From: Candidatus Saccharimonadota bacterium
Lineage (GTDB): Bacteria > Bacteroidota > Bacteroidia > Flavobacteriales > Blattabacteriaceae
Assembly (NCBI RefSeq): GCF_014251775.1
Contig: NZ_CP059199.1
Location: 120,001-152,000 of the forward strand
Reading direction: 5' to 3'
Length of the DNA: 32,000 bases
The notes under the pieces are model-generated. The model had not been told where the DNA came from and searched no databases. It was given only the letters and a program-made list of their open reading frames with translations. A program made the position numbers and the translations under genes. Positions 17,781 to 32,000 of this stretch are shown one piece after another (position 1 is the first letter of the stretch; every line of letters starts with the position of its first letter).

Positions 17781-20255
17781 ATGAGTGAAGGAGAAAAATT
17801 GATTTCAATTAATATTGAAGATGAAATGAAATCCTCTTATATAGATTACTCCATGTCAGTAATTGTTTCTAGAGCTTTACCGGATGTTAGAGATGGATTA
17901 AAACCAGTACATAGAAGAGTTCTTTACGGTATGTATCAATTGGGTATACTATCCACTAGTACTTATAAAAAATCTGCGCGTATTGTAGGTGAAGTATTGG
18001 GAAAATATCATCCACATGGAGATATTTCGGTTTATGATACTATGGTACGAATGGCGCAAAAATGGACTTTACGTTATCCATTGATAGATGGACAAGGAAA
18101 TTTCGGATCTATAGATTCGGATCCACCAGCTGCTATGCGGTATACTGAAGTAAAAATGAAAAAAATTGCAGAAGAAATGTTATCAGATCTAAGAAAAGAT
18201 ACTGTGGATATGCAATTAAATTTTGATGATTCTTTAGAAGAACCTAATGTTTTACCAACAAAAATTCCAAATTTATTAATCAATGGATCATCTGGAATTG
18301 CTGTTGGATTAGCAACTAATATTCCACCCCATAATTTAAAAGAAACTATAGATGCTATTTGTTATTACATAGATAATAATGATTTATCTATAGAACAAAT
18401 TATGAAATATATTAAAGCTCCTGATTTTCCAACAGGAGGAGTCATATATGGATATGAGGGAGTAAAAAATTATTTTTATACAGGAAAAGGAAGAATTGTT
18501 TTACGTGCTAAAATACATTTTGAGGAAATACAAGGTAGACAGTGCATAGTTGTAGATGAAATCCCTTACCAAGTTAACAAATCAGATATGATTTCTAAAA
18601 CTATAGAATTAGTAAAAAATGGTAAAATGGATGGAATTTATCAAATTCGTGACGAGTCAGATAGAAATGGATTACGTATTGTTTATTTTCTAAAACAGAA
18701 TACAGATTCAAATATTTTATTAAATAAGTTATTTAAATATACTTCTTTACAAACTAATTTTAATGTTAATATAATTGCATTAGTTCATGGTAAACCATTA
18801 CAATTAAATATAAAAGATCTTATTGAAAATTTTTTACATCATAGGCATGATATAATTATTCGTAGAACAAAATATGAATTAAAAAAATATAAATATCGTA
18901 TACATATATTGAAAGGATTTTTGAAAATATTAAATCGTTTGAATGATTTAATCCCAATAGTAATAAATTCTACAAATAAAAATGATGCTAATGAAAAATT
19001 GATCAAAAAATTTGAATTATCGAATGAACAATCAAAATCTGTTTTAGATTTAAGATTACAAAATCTTACTTCCTTAGAACAAAAAAAAATAAAACAAGAA
19101 TATGAAGATTTAATAAAAAAAACTTCGTTTTTGGAAAAAATTTTAATTCAAGATTCTATAAGAAAAGAAATTATTAAAGAAGAACTTTTGGAAATCAGAA
19201 AAAAATATCAGGATTATCGTCGGACTTTCATAGATTATTCAGGAAATGAAAAAAATTTAAGTTTAGAAAATTTAATTGAAAATAAACAAGTAGTTATAAC
19301 TATATCTAATGCTGGATATATTAAAAGAACATATTTATCAGAATATAAACTTCAAGGTAGAGGAGGTGTAGGAAATAGAGGTGCTATTGCAAGAGAATCA
19401 GATTACTTTAAACATCTTTTAATTGCAAATAATCATCAATATTTACTTTTTTTTACAGAAAAAGGAAAATGTTTTTGGTTAAGAGTTTATGAAATTCCAG
19501 AAGGATCTAAAATTTCTAAAGGTAGAGCCATACAAAATATTATTAATTTACAAGAAGATGATAAAGTTAATGCTTATATTTTAACCGGAGATCTTGCTGA
19601 TAAACAGTATATTAAAGACTATTATGTTATGATGGTAACTAAAAAAGGAATTATAAAAAAAACTTCGTTATATAATTATTCTCGTCCTAGAAAATATGGG
19701 ATAAAAGCTATAATGATTCGAAAAGGTGATTCTTTATTAGAAGCTATTTTAACTAAAGGAGATAGTCATGTTTTTATTGCATTAAAAAGTGGAAAAATAA
19801 TCCGTTTTTCTGAAAAAAAAGTTAGATCTACTGGAAGAAATTCTTATGGAGTAATAGGTATTAATTTTTCGGAAGATAAAAAAGATATGGTAATTGGAAT
19901 GATATGTGTTGAACAAAAAAATAAAGATAAAGGCTCTTTATTAGTAGTTTCTGAAAAAGGATTTGGAAAAAGATCACTTTTAAAAGACTATCGATTAACT
20001 AATCGCGGAGGAAAAGGGATAAAAACAATAAATATTACCAAAAAAACTGGAAAATTACTTTCTATTAAATATGTAGAAAAAGATGATGATCTAATGATTA
20101 TAAAAAAATCAGGAATTATTATTCGTATTTCTATATCAGATATTAGAGTAATGGGGCGATCTACGCAAGGAGTAAGGTTAATTAATTTGAAAAATTATGA
20201 ATCCATAGCAGATGTAGCGAAAGTTTATAAACTAAAAAATAATTTTATGAATTAA
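17781..20255 (+). CDS. gyrA: DNA gyrase subunit A
   Basis: 824 aa. The ORF contains [30 protein letters not shown], the QRDR-like [17 protein letters not shown], the active-site AAMRYTE and C-terminal beta-pinwheel repeats. Confidence 0.98.
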   Translation: MSEGEKLISINIEDEMKSSYIDYSMSVIVSRALPDVRDGLKPVHRRVLYGMYQLGILSTSTYKKSARIVGEVLGKYHPHGDISVYDTMVRMAQKWTLRYPLIDGQGNFGSIDSDPPAAMRYTEVKMKKIAEEMLSDLRKDTVDMQLNFDDSLEEPNVLPTKIPNLLINGSSGIAVGLATNIPPHNLKETIDAICYYIDNNDLSIEQIMKYIKAPDFPTGGVIYGYEGVKNYFYTGKGRIVLRAKIHFEEIQGRQCIVVDEIPYQVNKSDMISKTIELVKNGKMDGIYQIRDESDRNGLRIVYFLKQNTDSNILLNKLFKYTSLQTNFNVNIIALVHGKPLQLNIKDLIENFLHHRHDIIIRRTKYELKKYKYRIHILKGFLKILNRLNDLIPIVINSTNKNDANEKLIKKFELSNEQSKSVLDLRLQNLTSLEQKKIKQEYEDLIKKTSFLEKILIQDSIRKEIIKEELLEIRKKYQDYRRTFIDYSGNEKNLSLENLIENKQVVITISNAGYIKRTYLSEYKLQGRGGVGNRGAIARESDYFKHLLIANNHQYLLFFTEKGKCFWLRVYEIPEGSKISKGRAIQNIINLQEDDKVNAYILTGDLADKQYIKDYYVMMVTKKGIIKKTSLYNYSRPRKYGIKAIMIRKGDSLLEAILTKGDSHVFIALKSGKIIRFSEKKVRSTGRNSYGVIGINFSEDKKDMVIGMICVEQKNKDKGSLLVVSEKGFGKRSLLKDYRLTNRGGKGIKTINITKKTGKLLSIKYVEKDDDLMIIKKSGIIIRISISDIRVMGRSTQGVRLINLKNYESIADVAKVYKLKNNFMN

Positions 20256-20261
20256 AAAATA

Positions 20262-21089
20262 ATGATAAAAAGAAGGCCAATTATTCTAGTAACTAATGAT
20301 GACGGTATTTATGCTCCCGGAATTAGGGCTCTTGTTCATATGATGAATACTTTAGGAGAAGTATATGTAATAGCTCCAAATCAACATAAATCAGGAATTT
20401 CTCATGCTATTACTATGGATACAATTTTATATTGTGAATCAGTTAAAATAGATAATGGAATTCAAAAAGAATGGAAGTGTTCTGGGACTCCTGTAGATTG
20501 TGTAAAAATAGCTATTAATAATATTTTACCAAAAAAACCAGATATTTGTGTATCAGGGATAAATCATGGATCTAATTCTTCTATAAATGTTATATATTCT
20601 GGAACACTATCCGCTGTAATTGAAGCGGGAATATATGGAATTCCTGCTATAGGTTTTTCTTTATTAGATACTCAATGGAATAAAGATTTTTATTATATCT
20701 CTTCTTTAAAAGAAGAGATATGTAAAATAGTCAAAAAAGTTATTAATTATTATGATTCAAATAAAATAATTATTCTTAATGTTAATATCCCAAAATTGGA
20801 AAAAAAGAAAAAAATAAAAGGTATTAAAATATGTAAACAGGCTAAATCTAAATGGAAAGGTTTTTTTGAAAGACGGACTAATCCTAGAGGAAAAAATTAT
20901 TATTGGCTTTCAGGAAATTTTATTGTTGATAATCATCAAATAGATAATACAGACGACGAATGGGCATTGAATAATGGATATATATCTATTGTTCCAATAA
21001 AATTTGATTTTACGGATTATTCTTTATTAGAATTATTAAATTCATGGAATTTAATAATTTTATTCATTTACTTCATTCGAAATTTTTAA
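20262..21089 (+). CDS. surE: 5'/3'-nucleotidase SurE
   Basis: ILVTNDDGIYAPGIRAL, SGINHGSN and YSGTLSA are SurE motifs. Confidence 0.92.
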   Translation: MIKRRPIILVTNDDGIYAPGIRALVHMMNTLGEVYVIAPNQHKSGISHAITMDTILYCESVKIDNGIQKEWKCSGTPVDCVKIAINNILPKKPDICVSGINHGSNSSINVIYSGTLSAVIEAGIYGIPAIGFSLLDTQWNKDFYYISSLKEEICKIVKKVINYYDSNKIIILNVNIPKLEKKKKIKGIKICKQAKSKWKGFFERRTNPRGKNYYWLSGNFIVDNHQIDNTDDEWALNNGYISIVPIKFDFTDYSLLELLNSWNLIILFIYFIRNF

Positions 21090-21105
21090 TAAAAAAATTA
21101 ATATT

Positions 21106-22065
21106 TTGACTTCTTTTTCAACAGATAAAACATTAAATCCAAAGAAAATAGAAGATTTCGTTGGACAAAATGATATTGTAGAACCTTTAAAAATTTTTAT
21201 TCAGGCTGCAAAAAAAAGAAATGAAGCTTTAGATCATATATTGTTTCATGGTCCTCCTGGATTAGGAAAAACTACTTTAGCTCATATAGTAGCTAAGGAA
21301 CTATCAGTTAATATAACTGTTACTTCAGGATCCATTTTAGATAAACCAGGTGATCTTGCTGGATTACTTATTCATCTTAAAAAAAATGATGTAATTTTTA
21401 TTGACGAAATTCATAGATTATCTCCAATTGTAGAAGAGTATTTATATTCTGCAATGGAGAATTATAAAATAGATATTATTATAGATTCTGGATCCAATGC
21501 TAAATCATTACAAATTGATTTAACTCCTTTTACTTTAATAGGAGCTACTACAAGATCTGGTTTAATTACTGCTCCAATGAGATCTAGATTTGGAATTAAT
21601 TTTCGTATTAATTATTATAATAAAGAATTTTTAAAAAAAATTATAAATAGAAATGCTAAAATATTAAAAATACCTATAACAGAAGAAGCTTCATTTGAAA
21701 TTGCATATAGGAGTAGAGGGACTCCTAGAGTAGCAAATTCACTTCTTCGTAGAATTCGTGATTTTGCTCAAATAAAAGGAAATGGAATTATTGATATTGA
21801 AATATGTAATACCAGCTTAAAAGCAATGAATGTAGATAAAAATGGATTAAATGAAATGGATAATAGAATACTTTCATTTATTATTGATCATTTTAAAGGA
21901 GGTCCAGTAGGTATAAATACTATATCAGCAGCTATAAGTGAAAATTCAGATACTATTGAAGAGGTACATGAACCATTTTTAATACAAGAAGGATATTTAA
22001 TAAGAACCTCTAGAGGAAGAAAGGTAACAAAATTAGCATACAAACATCTAAAAAAATATCAATAA
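21106..22065 (+). CDS. ruvB: Holliday junction branch migration helicase RuvB
   Basis: The ORF carries FVGQ, Walker A GPPGLGKTT, Walker B IFIDEIHRL and the GATTRSGLITAPMRSRFG sensor region. It has a TTG start and a short N-terminus. Confidence 0.95.
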   Translation: MTSFSTDKTLNPKKIEDFVGQNDIVEPLKIFIQAAKKRNEALDHILFHGPPGLGKTTLAHIVAKELSVNITVTSGSILDKPGDLAGLLIHLKKNDVIFIDEIHRLSPIVEEYLYSAMENYKIDIIIDSGSNAKSLQIDLTPFTLIGATTRSGLITAPMRSRFGINFRINYYNKEFLKKIINRNAKILKIPITEEASFEIAYRSRGTPRVANSLLRRIRDFAQIKGNGIIDIEICNTSLKAMNVDKNGLNEMDNRILSFIIDHFKGGPVGINTISAAISENSDTIEEVHEPFLIQEGYLIRTSRGRKVTKLAYKHLKKYQ

Positions 22066-22124
22066 ATAGTAAAAATATTTTTATCTATATAATAATAAAC
22101 TTTTAACTTTAATATTTAGTATAA

Positions 22125-24889
<2,765 letters not shown>

Positions 24890-24945
24890 ATATTATTTGA
24901 TATGAAAAATAATATTTAAAATTAATTATACAAAAAAAAATAAAA

Positions 24946-27900
24946 ATGATTTCTTTTAATAAAAGTTCTTATAGAATTTATATAAGAAGTAAATCATACT
25001 TCGATAAAGATTCAATTGAATTATGTAAAAAACTAAGAAGTATCAATATTTTTATACATAGAATAATAATATATCGTATATATGAATTTTTTCATATAAA
25101 AAAAAAATTTCTTGTTGATTATTTAAAAAATGTATTAGTAGATCCTGTTACAGAAATTTTTTATTTTAAAAAATATTTTGATTATCCGTATTTTGAATGC
25201 AACTCAAATAATGATGATCATCGCTCTAGCGCTGCTATGTTATGCATGAAAATATTCAATCATAACTTTTCTAAAAATGTTTTAATAAATTCTAAATTAT
25301 TGATTGAATTAGTTGGATTAAATAAAAATTCTAATAAATCTGTAAAAAAAATTAAAAATTACATTGTAGAAAATTATTCCTATTTTATAACACATAGGAA
25401 TAATTTTTATCATAAAGAAATTAATATTAAAAATCATATTAATTATATAAAAGATTTTAAACATTATTCTATAAATAAAATAGAAGAATTTCATAAAAAA
25501 TATAATCTATCAATAGATATAAAAGATTTATTATTGATTCAAAAATATTTTTTAATAGAAAAAAGAGATCCTTCTTTAGAAGAAATACTTATTTTAAATA
25601 CTTATTGGTCGGATCATTGTAGACATACAACATTTTTTACAGAATTAGAAAATATATGTTTTAGAGGTTTTTTAAAGAATACATATAAAAAAATATTTTC
25701 TAAATATTTAGAAGATAAAAAATCAATAGGAAAATCAAAAAAACCTATTAATTTAATGGAATTATCTCAACTTCCTTATGAAATTATCCGTAATCAAAAA
25801 AAATTAAATTTTGTTTCATCAGATGAAAATAATGCATGTACAATTATAATAGATGTTCATTATCTGGATAAAAAAAGAAATAAAGAAAAATGGTATTTAT
25901 TATTTAAAAATGAAACTCATAATCATCCTACTGAAGGAAATCCATTTAATGGAGCCAATACTTGCATTGGTGGAGCAATCAGAGATCCTTTATCGGGTAG
26001 ATCATTTGTTTATCAAGGGATTAGAATTAGTGGATCCTCTGATCCTAATGAAAAAAATAAAATTTATGGAAAAATACCAGAAAATAAAATATGTTTAGAA
26101 TCAGCTTATGGATTCAGTTCATATGGAAATCAAATAGGATTAGCAACAACACATGTTAGTGAGATTTATCATAAAGGTTATAGAGCAAAAAGATTGGAAT
26201 TAGGAATGGTTGTTGGAGCTGCTCCAGTAACTTATATTAAGTGGAAAAAGCCAAAAGTAGGAGATATTATATTATTAATAGGAGGATTAACCAGAAAAGA
26301 AGGAATAGGAGGGGCTAGTGAATCATCGAAAAATATAAATGATATTGATATCAATATTAATAATCAACAAAAAGGGAATCCTTTAATTGAAAGAAATATT
26401 CAAAGACTTTTTAGAAAAAAAGAGGTAACTAATTTGATAAAAAAATGTAATGATCTTGGGGCTGGAGGATTAGCAGTTTCTTTAGGAGAATTGCACAATA
26501 GTGTAGAAATTTATTTAGAAAAAGTACCTATAAATGAAAAAATTCTACCAATAGAAATTGCACTTTCTGAATCTCAAGAACGTATGGCGATAGTAGTAGA
26601 TCCAAAGAATGCAGAAAAAATTATTAAGTTTTCTCATAAAGAAAACTTAATCTGTAATCCCATAGCCAAGATTACAAATAATAATAGGATAGTTTTTCTA
26701 TATAATAAAAAAGTAATTTTCGACGTAAAAAGTACTTTTTTAAATACAAGAGGATATAAAAAAAAAAATAAAGTAATAGTTGATTCTCCTAATTATATTT
26801 CACCTTTTATTAAATCTACAAAATTATTTTTTAGTAAGAAAAATTTTTTAAAAACTCTTTCAAACCTAAATATCGCTTCTCAATTAAGCTTAATAGAAAT
26901 GTTTGATAGTACTGTTGGAGGGACTACCGTATTAATGCCATTTGGAGGAAAATATCAAATGACTCCAGCTGAAGGAAGTGTCCAAAAAATACCAGTTTTT
27001 CATGGAAGTACTGAAACAGTTAGTATGGTAACTTGGGGATTTCATCCTAAAATTTCTACATGGAGTCCTTTTCATGGTGGTGCATATGCAGTATTAGAAT
27101 GTATTTCAAAAATTGTTTCTATGGGTGGGAATTACAAAAATGTTTATCTTAGTTTTCAAGAATATTATAAAAAAATGGAAAAAAATCCTAAAAACTGGGG
27201 AATCCCTTTTTCTTCATTATTAGGTGCATATCATGCTCAAATGGAATTAGAAATAGTTTGTTTAGGCGGTAAAGATTCTATGTCAGGAACTTATAAAAAT
27301 ATTCATGTCCCACCTACTCTAATTTCATTTGGAATTACAACTGATTCATATTTTAATGTAATTTCTCCTGAATTTAAAAAAATAGGTAGCAAAATATATT
27401 TATATAATCATATGCCATTAGAAAATGAAATGCCAAACTTTAATTCTATTAAAAATGCTTATGATAAAATCCATGAAGGAGTACTTTCCAAAAAGATTAT
27501 TTCATTAAAAACAGTAAAAGATGGTGGAATAGCTGTGGCTATTGCCAAAATGTCTTTTGGAAATAAATTAGGAGCAGAAATAAATTGTAATGAAAATCTA
27601 TTGAAGACCCATATAGGATCATTAATTATAGAATCTTCTTATAATCTTTCAAAAGATTTTATTCTAATAGGAAAAGTAATAAATTCTAAAAATTTAATTT
27701 TTAACTCTATTTCAATTGCTATTGATGAAGCAATTAAAAATTGGTCTAAAAAATTATTAAATATTTTTTCTCCTAATGAAAATAGGATGAAATATAAATT
27801 AAAATTTAAAAGAAATATAACAATAAAAGAAAAAAAAATAATATATAGAAAAAATAATTCAATAAAAATTGGGACCCCAAATGTATTTATTCCGATATTT

Positions 27901-28683
27901 CCTGGAACTAATGGAGAATTAGAATCAATCAGAGTATTTAAAAATTCAGGAGCAATAGTTAAAAATTTTGTATTTAATAATGTAAATGATAATAATATTA
28001 TAGAATCTATTTTTTCCATGAAAAAATATATAGAATCAGTTCAGATTCTAATGTTGTGTGGTGGATTTAGTGCGGGAGATGAACCCGATGGATCTGCTAA
28101 ATTAATTATATCAATATTGCATAATCCTTATATAAAAGAATCTATCCAAAAATTTTTAGAAAAAGGTGGGTTAATATTAGGAATTTGTAATGGTTTTCAA
28201 GGATTAATAAAATCTGGATTACTTCCTTATGGAAAAATTTGTATGAGAGATAATAATTCTCCTGTATTAATAAATAACAAAGTTAATAAACATATTTCAC
28301 AATGTGTTAACATTAAAATTATTTCTGATAAATCTCCTTGGTTAAAAGGAATGAAGAACAAAATATATACAATTCCTATCTCTCATGGAGAAGGTCGTTT
28401 TTATGCTAAAAATAAAACTATAGATATTCTATTTGAAAATAATCAAGTTGCTTCACAATATGTAGATTTAGAAGGAGTTCCTAGCTTAGAAAGAAAATAT
28501 AATCCTAATGGATCTTCTGAAGCAATTGAAAGTTTATTAAGTGAAAATGGAAGAATTTATGGTAGAATGACTCATCCAGAACGTTGTTTTGATAGTGGAT
28601 TATTAAAAAATATACCTAATAATGTTCATAATCTTATACAAGAAAATTCTATTTTTAAAAATGCAGTACAATATTTTGTATAA
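24946..28683 (+). CDS. purL: Phosphoribosylformylglycinamidine synthase, single-chain large type
   Basis: 1245 aa. The ORF has YWSDHCRHTTF, ETHNHPT and DLGAGGLA, plus a C-terminal glutaminase domain (GICNGFQ, HGEGRF, MTHPER). Confidence 0.95.
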   Translation: MISFNKSSYRIYIRSKSYFDKDSIELCKKLRSINIFIHRIIIYRIYEFFHIKKKFLVDYLKNVLVDPVTEIFYFKKYFDYPYFECNSNNDDHRSSAAMLCMKIFNHNFSKNVLINSKLLIELVGLNKNSNKSVKKIKNYIVENYSYFITHRNNFYHKEINIKNHINYIKDFKHYSINKIEEFHKKYNLSIDIKDLLLIQKYFLIEKRDPSLEEILILNTYWSDHCRHTTFFTELENICFRGFLKNTYKKIFSKYLEDKKSIGKSKKPINLMELSQLPYEIIRNQKKLNFVSSDENNACTIIIDVHYLDKKRNKEKWYLLFKNETHNHPTEGNPFNGANTCIGGAIRDPLSGRSFVYQGIRISGSSDPNEKNKIYGKIPENKICLESAYGFSSYGNQIGLATTHVSEIYHKGYRAKRLELGMVVGAAPVTYIKWKKPKVGDIILLIGGLTRKEGIGGASESSKNINDIDININNQQKGNPLIERNIQRLFRKKEVTNLIKKCNDLGAGGLAVSLGELHNSVEIYLEKVPINEKILPIEIALSESQERMAIVVDPKNAEKIIKFSHKENLICNPIAKITNNNRIVFLYNKKVIFDVKSTFLNTRGYKKKNKVIVDSPNYISPFIKSTKLFFSKKNFLKTLSNLNIASQLSLIEMFDSTVGGTTVLMPFGGKYQMTPAEGSVQKIPVFHGSTETVSMVTWGFHPKISTWSPFHGGAYAVLECISKIVSMGGNYKNVYLSFQEYYKKMEKNPKNWGIPFSSLLGAYHAQMELEIVCLGGKDSMSGTYKNIHVPPTLISFGITTDSYFNVISPEFKKIGSKIYLYNHMPLENEMPNFNSIKNAYDKIHEGVLSKKIISLKTVKDGGIAVAIAKMSFGNKLGAEINCNENLLKTHIGSLIIESSYNLSKDFILIGKVINSKNLIFNSISIAIDEAIKNWSKKLLNIFSPNENRMKYKLKFKRNITIKEKKIIYRKNNSIKIGTPNVFIPIFPGTNGELESIRVFKNSGAIVKNFVFNNVNDNNIIESIFSMKKYIESVQILMLCGGFSAGDEPDGSAKLIISILHNPYIKESIQKFLEKGGLILGICNGFQGLIKSGLLPYGKICMRDNNSPVLINNKVNKHISQCVNIKIISDKSPWLKGMKNKIYTIPISHGEGRFYAKNKTIDILFENNQVASQYVDLEGVPSLERKYNPNGSSEAIESLLSENGRIYGRMTHPERCFDSGLLKNIPNNVHNLIQENSIFKNAVQYFV

Positions 28684-28700
28684 AAAATTTTTTTATTGAA

Positions 28701-29186
28701 ATGAGAGTAATTGTAATTATTGGAAGTATCTCTGATAAAATAATTATGAAATCAGCAGTAGATATGTTAAAAATATTTCAAATAAATTATAAATGTTATG
28801 TAATTTCTGCACATAGATTACCAAATACTTTATCAAAAATTTTAAAAAAATTAGAAGATGAAAATACAGATTTAATTATTGCAGGAGCTGGTTTATCAGC
28901 TCATTTACCAGGAATAATATCATCTAAAACTATAATACCAGTTATAGGTGTTCCTATATATAATTCTAAAAATAGTTTATTAGGTGGAATAGATGCACTT
29001 TCTTCTATTACGCAAATGCCTAAAGGTGTCCCTATAGCATCAGTAGGAATAAATAATTCTTATAATGCTGCTTTATTAGCAGTACATATTTTATCTATGA
29101 AATATATTTTTTTAAAAAAATCATTGATAAAATTTAGAAAAAATATCCAAAAAAAATTGGAAAATGAAATAGAACAACATTTGTAA
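28701..29186 (+). CDS. purE: 5-(carboxyamino)imidazole ribonucleotide mutase (class I PurE-like)
   Basis: GSISD, SAHRLP, AGAGLSAHLPG and PVIGVP are present. The AHLPG loop resembles class I rather than class II PurE. Confidence 0.9.
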   Translation: MRVIVIIGSISDKIIMKSAVDMLKIFQINYKCYVISAHRLPNTLSKILKKLEDENTDLIIAGAGLSAHLPGIISSKTIIPVIGVPIYNSKNSLLGGIDALSSITQMPKGVPIASVGINNSYNAALLAVHILSMKYIFLKKSLIKFRKNIQKKLENEIEQHL

Positions 29187-29197
29187 TATATAAATAC

Positions 29198-29926
29198 ATG
29201 AATTATAATATTATAAAAAAAAATATCTTATTAGAAGGAAAAACAAAAATAATATATAAAACTAATAATTCTTTTAAGATAATTATTCATCACAAAGATG
29301 ATTTAACGGCTTTAAATGGATTGAAAAAAAGTTGTTTATTAGATAAAGGAGTTTTAACTAATGAAATTAGTACATTAATATTTAAATTTCTTAATTATTC
29401 TGGAATAAAAACACATTTTATTAAAAAGATAAACAATAGAGAACAACTCTGTCATAAAGTGAATATAATACCTTTAGAATTTGTTATAAGAAATATTGTT
29501 ACTGGAAGTTTATCCAAACGTTTGGGGATTAAAGAAAAAAAAAAAATTCCAAATGGAATCATTGAATTATTTTATAAAGATGATAAATTAGGTGATCCAC
29601 TTATTAATGAAAGTCATGCAATTTTTCTAGAAATCATATCCCATGAAGAATTAATTTATATTTTTTCTATTGTAAAAAACATAAATAATTTACTGAAATT
29701 ATATTTTTTCAATAAAGGAATTATATTAGTTGATTTTAAAATTGAATTTGGAAGAAATAAAAATAATGAAATTTTACTTTCTGATGAAATTAGTCCAGAT
29801 ACTTGTAGATTATGGGATAGGAATACGATGAAAAAATTAGATAAAGATTTATTTCGTATGGAATTTCCAAAAAAAGAAAAAATATTCGATTCCTATATGG
29901 AAATCTTAAAAAGATTAAATAAATAA
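29198..29926 (+). CDS. purC: Phosphoribosylaminoimidazole-succinocarboxamide synthase
   Basis: The ORF carries EGKTKIIY, LEFVIRN..TGS and VDFKIEFG..LSDEISPDTCRLWD. It contains an in-frame A12 tract at 29535-29546. Confidence 0.92.
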   Translation: MNYNIIKKNILLEGKTKIIYKTNNSFKIIIHHKDDLTALNGLKKSCLLDKGVLTNEISTLIFKFLNYSGIKTHFIKKINNREQLCHKVNIIPLEFVIRNIVTGSLSKRLGIKEKKKIPNGIIELFYKDDKLGDPLINESHAIFLEIISHEELIYIFSIVKNINNLLKLYFFNKGIILVDFKIEFGRNKNNEILLSDEISPDTCRLWDRNTMKKLDKDLFRMEFPKKEKIFDSYMEILKRLNK

Positions 29927-29964
29927 TAATATACCTTGTTTACTCATTAATAAAAATTGTTTAT

Positions 29965-31347
29965 TTGGATAAATTTCATGAAGAATGTGGAATATTTGGA
30001 GTGTATTCTACATTTAAAATAGATACATTTTCATTAATACAATCCGGACTTTTTGCTTTACAGCATAGAGGGCAAGAGGCTTGTGGGTTTTCTGTATTAC
30101 GTGATGGATATATTTTATCTCATAAAAGTGAAGGATTAGTTTTAGATTTTTTTAAAAAAATATCTAATTCTGATTTTTATAATGGAAATGCAGTAATTGG
30201 ACATACTCGTTATTCAACAGAAGGAGGAATCAGCAAAAAAAACATTCAACCTTTTTTTGGAGAAAATTCATTTGGAAAGAGTACTATTTCAATAGTTCAT
30301 AATGGAAATTTAATTAATGCAAGAAATACAAGAAAAAAACTAGAATCTTTAGGGATTAATTTTATTTCTGAATATTCTGATTCAGAGGTGATATTACGTT
30401 TGATTCAGAAAAATTTGCTAGAATCTAATAATAATTTAGAAGAATCTATAAAAAAAACAACTTTAAATATTAAAGGTGCATATTCAGTAATTGTTTTAAT
30501 GGATAATAAAATAGCTGCATTTCGAGATCCAAATGGAATCAGACCTTTATGTTATGGAATTTTAAACGAAGAAACTTATATTTTTAGTTCAGAAACTTGT
30601 GGAATTGATTCTATAGGTGGAACTTATATAAGAGATTTATTCCCAGGAGAAATAATTATTATAGATAAAAAATCATCCAAATTCTCTATGATAAAAAAAA
30701 TCAATCATCTAAAAAAAAGAATATGTTCTTTTGAATATATTTATTTTTCTCGTCCTGATTCTTTTATTGAAAATTTAAATGTCTATAAAATCAGAGAAAA
30801 AAGTGGGGAAAAACTTTATGAACAACATCCAGTAAAAGCTGATGTAGTAATTGGGGTCCCTGATTCAGGTATACCAGCTGCTATAGGATATTCTAAAGTT
30901 TCAGGTATACCATTTAAACCAATTTTAATAAAAAATAAATATATTGGTAGATCTTTCATACTCCCCCAAAAAAAAATACGAGAAAAAATGGTTAATTTAA
31001 AATTAAATCCTATTTTACATGAAATACAAGGGAAACGTATAGTTATTATAGATGATTCTATAGTCCGTGGAACAACTAGTCGTAAATTAGTTAATATTTT
31101 AAGAAATGCAGGAGCTAAAGAAATTCATTTTAGAAGTGCTTCACCGCCAATTATTGCTCCATGTCATTTAGGAGTAAATACTCCAATAAAAAAAGATCTT
31201 TTTTTTAATGAAAAAGTTGATAAGGATCAAGTCGCTAAAATTTTAGATGTAGATAGTTTAGAATTTTTAAGTATGAAAAATTTAATAGATATATTAGGAA
31301 GTAAAAATCATTGTTTTGGCTGTTTCAATGGAGATTATCCAATTTAG
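29965..31347 (+). CDS. purF: Amidophosphoribosyltransferase
   Basis: The TTG start is followed by a short propeptide and the catalytic Cys (MDKFHEE-CGIFGV). QHRGQE and the PRPP loop IVIIDDSIVRGTT are present. Cys positions are compatible with a 4Fe-4S type enzyme. Confidence 0.94.
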   Translation: MDKFHEECGIFGVYSTFKIDTFSLIQSGLFALQHRGQEACGFSVLRDGYILSHKSEGLVLDFFKKISNSDFYNGNAVIGHTRYSTEGGISKKNIQPFFGENSFGKSTISIVHNGNLINARNTRKKLESLGINFISEYSDSEVILRLIQKNLLESNNNLEESIKKTTLNIKGAYSVIVLMDNKIAAFRDPNGIRPLCYGILNEETYIFSSETCGIDSIGGTYIRDLFPGEIIIIDKKSSKFSMIKKINHLKKRICSFEYIYFSRPDSFIENLNVYKIREKSGEKLYEQHPVKADVVIGVPDSGIPAAIGYSKVSGIPFKPILIKNKYIGRSFILPQKKIREKMVNLKLNPILHEIQGKRIVIIDDSIVRGTTSRKLVNILRNAGAKEIHFRSASPPIIAPCHLGVNTPIKKDLFFNEKVDKDQVAKILDVDSLEFLSMKNLIDILGSKNHCFGCFNGDYPI

Positions 31348-31356
31348 AATGAAATT

Positions 31357-32000
31357 ATGAAAAAATATGACAAGTTTATAGATAAAATTGGAAAAATTTT
31401 AAAAAATACTTATAACAAAAAAGTATTAAGTAATATAAAAAATTTTTCTGGATTTTATAAAATAAATCATGAATATAAAAATCCTGTAATTGTTTCTGGA
31501 ACAGATGGAGTAGGAACAAAAATTTGTTTAGCACTAGAATATAAAAAATATAGTGTAATTGGAAAAGATTGTTTTGCAATGTGTATAAACGATATTTTAT
31601 GCCATGGTGCAACTTCTTTATTTTTTTTAGATTATTTAGCTTGTAATAAAATTGATTCCTATATTATGGAAAAAATAATTAATGGCATAGCTAATTCATG
31701 TAAATTAACTAATACATGTTTTATTGGAGGAGAAACTGCCGAAATGCAAGATATATATCCCAATAATATTTATGATATAGCCGGATTTTGTGTAGGAATT
31801 GTAGATGAATGTGATATTATAGATGGAAAAAAATTAATACAAGAAAATGATGTTATAATAGGGATTCCATCATCCGGAATTCATAGTAATGGATTTTCTT
31901 TAATTAGAAAAATTTTTTCTAAAGATGATTTTGAAAAATGTTTTTTTAACAGTAAAAAACCTCTTTATGAATTACTTTTATTTCCAACGAAGATTTATTA
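31357..32000 (+). CDS. purM: Phosphoribosylformylglycinamidine cyclo-ligase (AIR synthetase), 3' end outside the window
   Basis: The gene is missing from the ORF track because the frame runs off the window end. My own translation from the ATG at 31357 gives VSGTDGVGTK, LFFLDYLA, GGETAEM and SSGIHSNGFSL. Confidence 0.9.
   Translation, partial: MKKYDKFIDKIGKILKNTYNKKVLSNIKNFSGFYKINHEYKNPVIVSGTDGVGTKICLALEYKKYSVIGKDCFAMCINDILCHGATSLFFLDYLACNKIDSYIMEKIINGIANSCKLTNTCFIGGETAEMQDIYPNNIYDIAGFCVGIVDECDIIDGKKLIQENDVIIGIPSSGIHSNGFSLIRKIFSKDDFEKCFFNSKKPLYELLLFPTKIY

Noticed and set aside
31376-31612. 78-aa minus-strand ORF near the right edge
   Set aside because: It is antisense to purM, which is absent from the ORF track only because it has no stop inside the window. 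The plus-strand translation carries clear AIR synthetase motifs.

Overview
The window is very A+T-rich (about three quarters A+T by eye), tightly packed and entirely housekeeping. It looks like a reduced Flavobacteriales-type insect endosymbiont genome. The combination of urease, threonine and purine biosynthesis with Bacteroidetes-like proteins is what is expected of Blattabacterium, the cockroach endosymbiont. That assignment is inference, not a database hit.

Gene content, left to right:
- a pyrE-pyrF fusion that enters from the left edge
- a MarC-family membrane protein
- rnpA (frameshifted), fbp and rnhA
- a SpoU/TrmH RNA methyltransferase with a frameshifted N-terminus
- a dCMP deaminase (frameshifted) and tRNA-Leu(CAA)
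- urease ureC plus fused ureAB
- the thrA-thrB-thrC operon, thyA, prs, rplY (L25), tadA and a DedA membrane protein
- aroB, gyrA, surE and ruvB
- a co-directional purine block, purA-purB-purL-purE-purC-purF-purM, with purM running off the right edge

I see no CRISPR array, mobile element, prophage, toxin or defence module, and no convincing novel multi-gene system.

The most unusual signal is three neighbouring genes between 1897 and 5444: rnpA, the SpoU-family methyltransferase and dCMP deaminase. Each is interrupted by one frameshift located exactly in an A10-A11 homopolymer, and each is restored by adding one A. Two of the three are invisible or truncated in the ORF track. This fits either transcriptional slippage rescue, as described for other endosymbionts, or homopolymer under-calling in the assembly. 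The sequence alone cannot separate the two.

Secondary observations:
- a eukaryote-style UMP-synthase fusion
- urease structural genes with no adjacent accessory genes
- a tRNA with almost no flanking spacer
- a roughly 485-bp gene-free spacer carrying palindromes
- a candidate 39-codon membrane ORF followed by an A16 tract
- several convergent 3' gene overlaps
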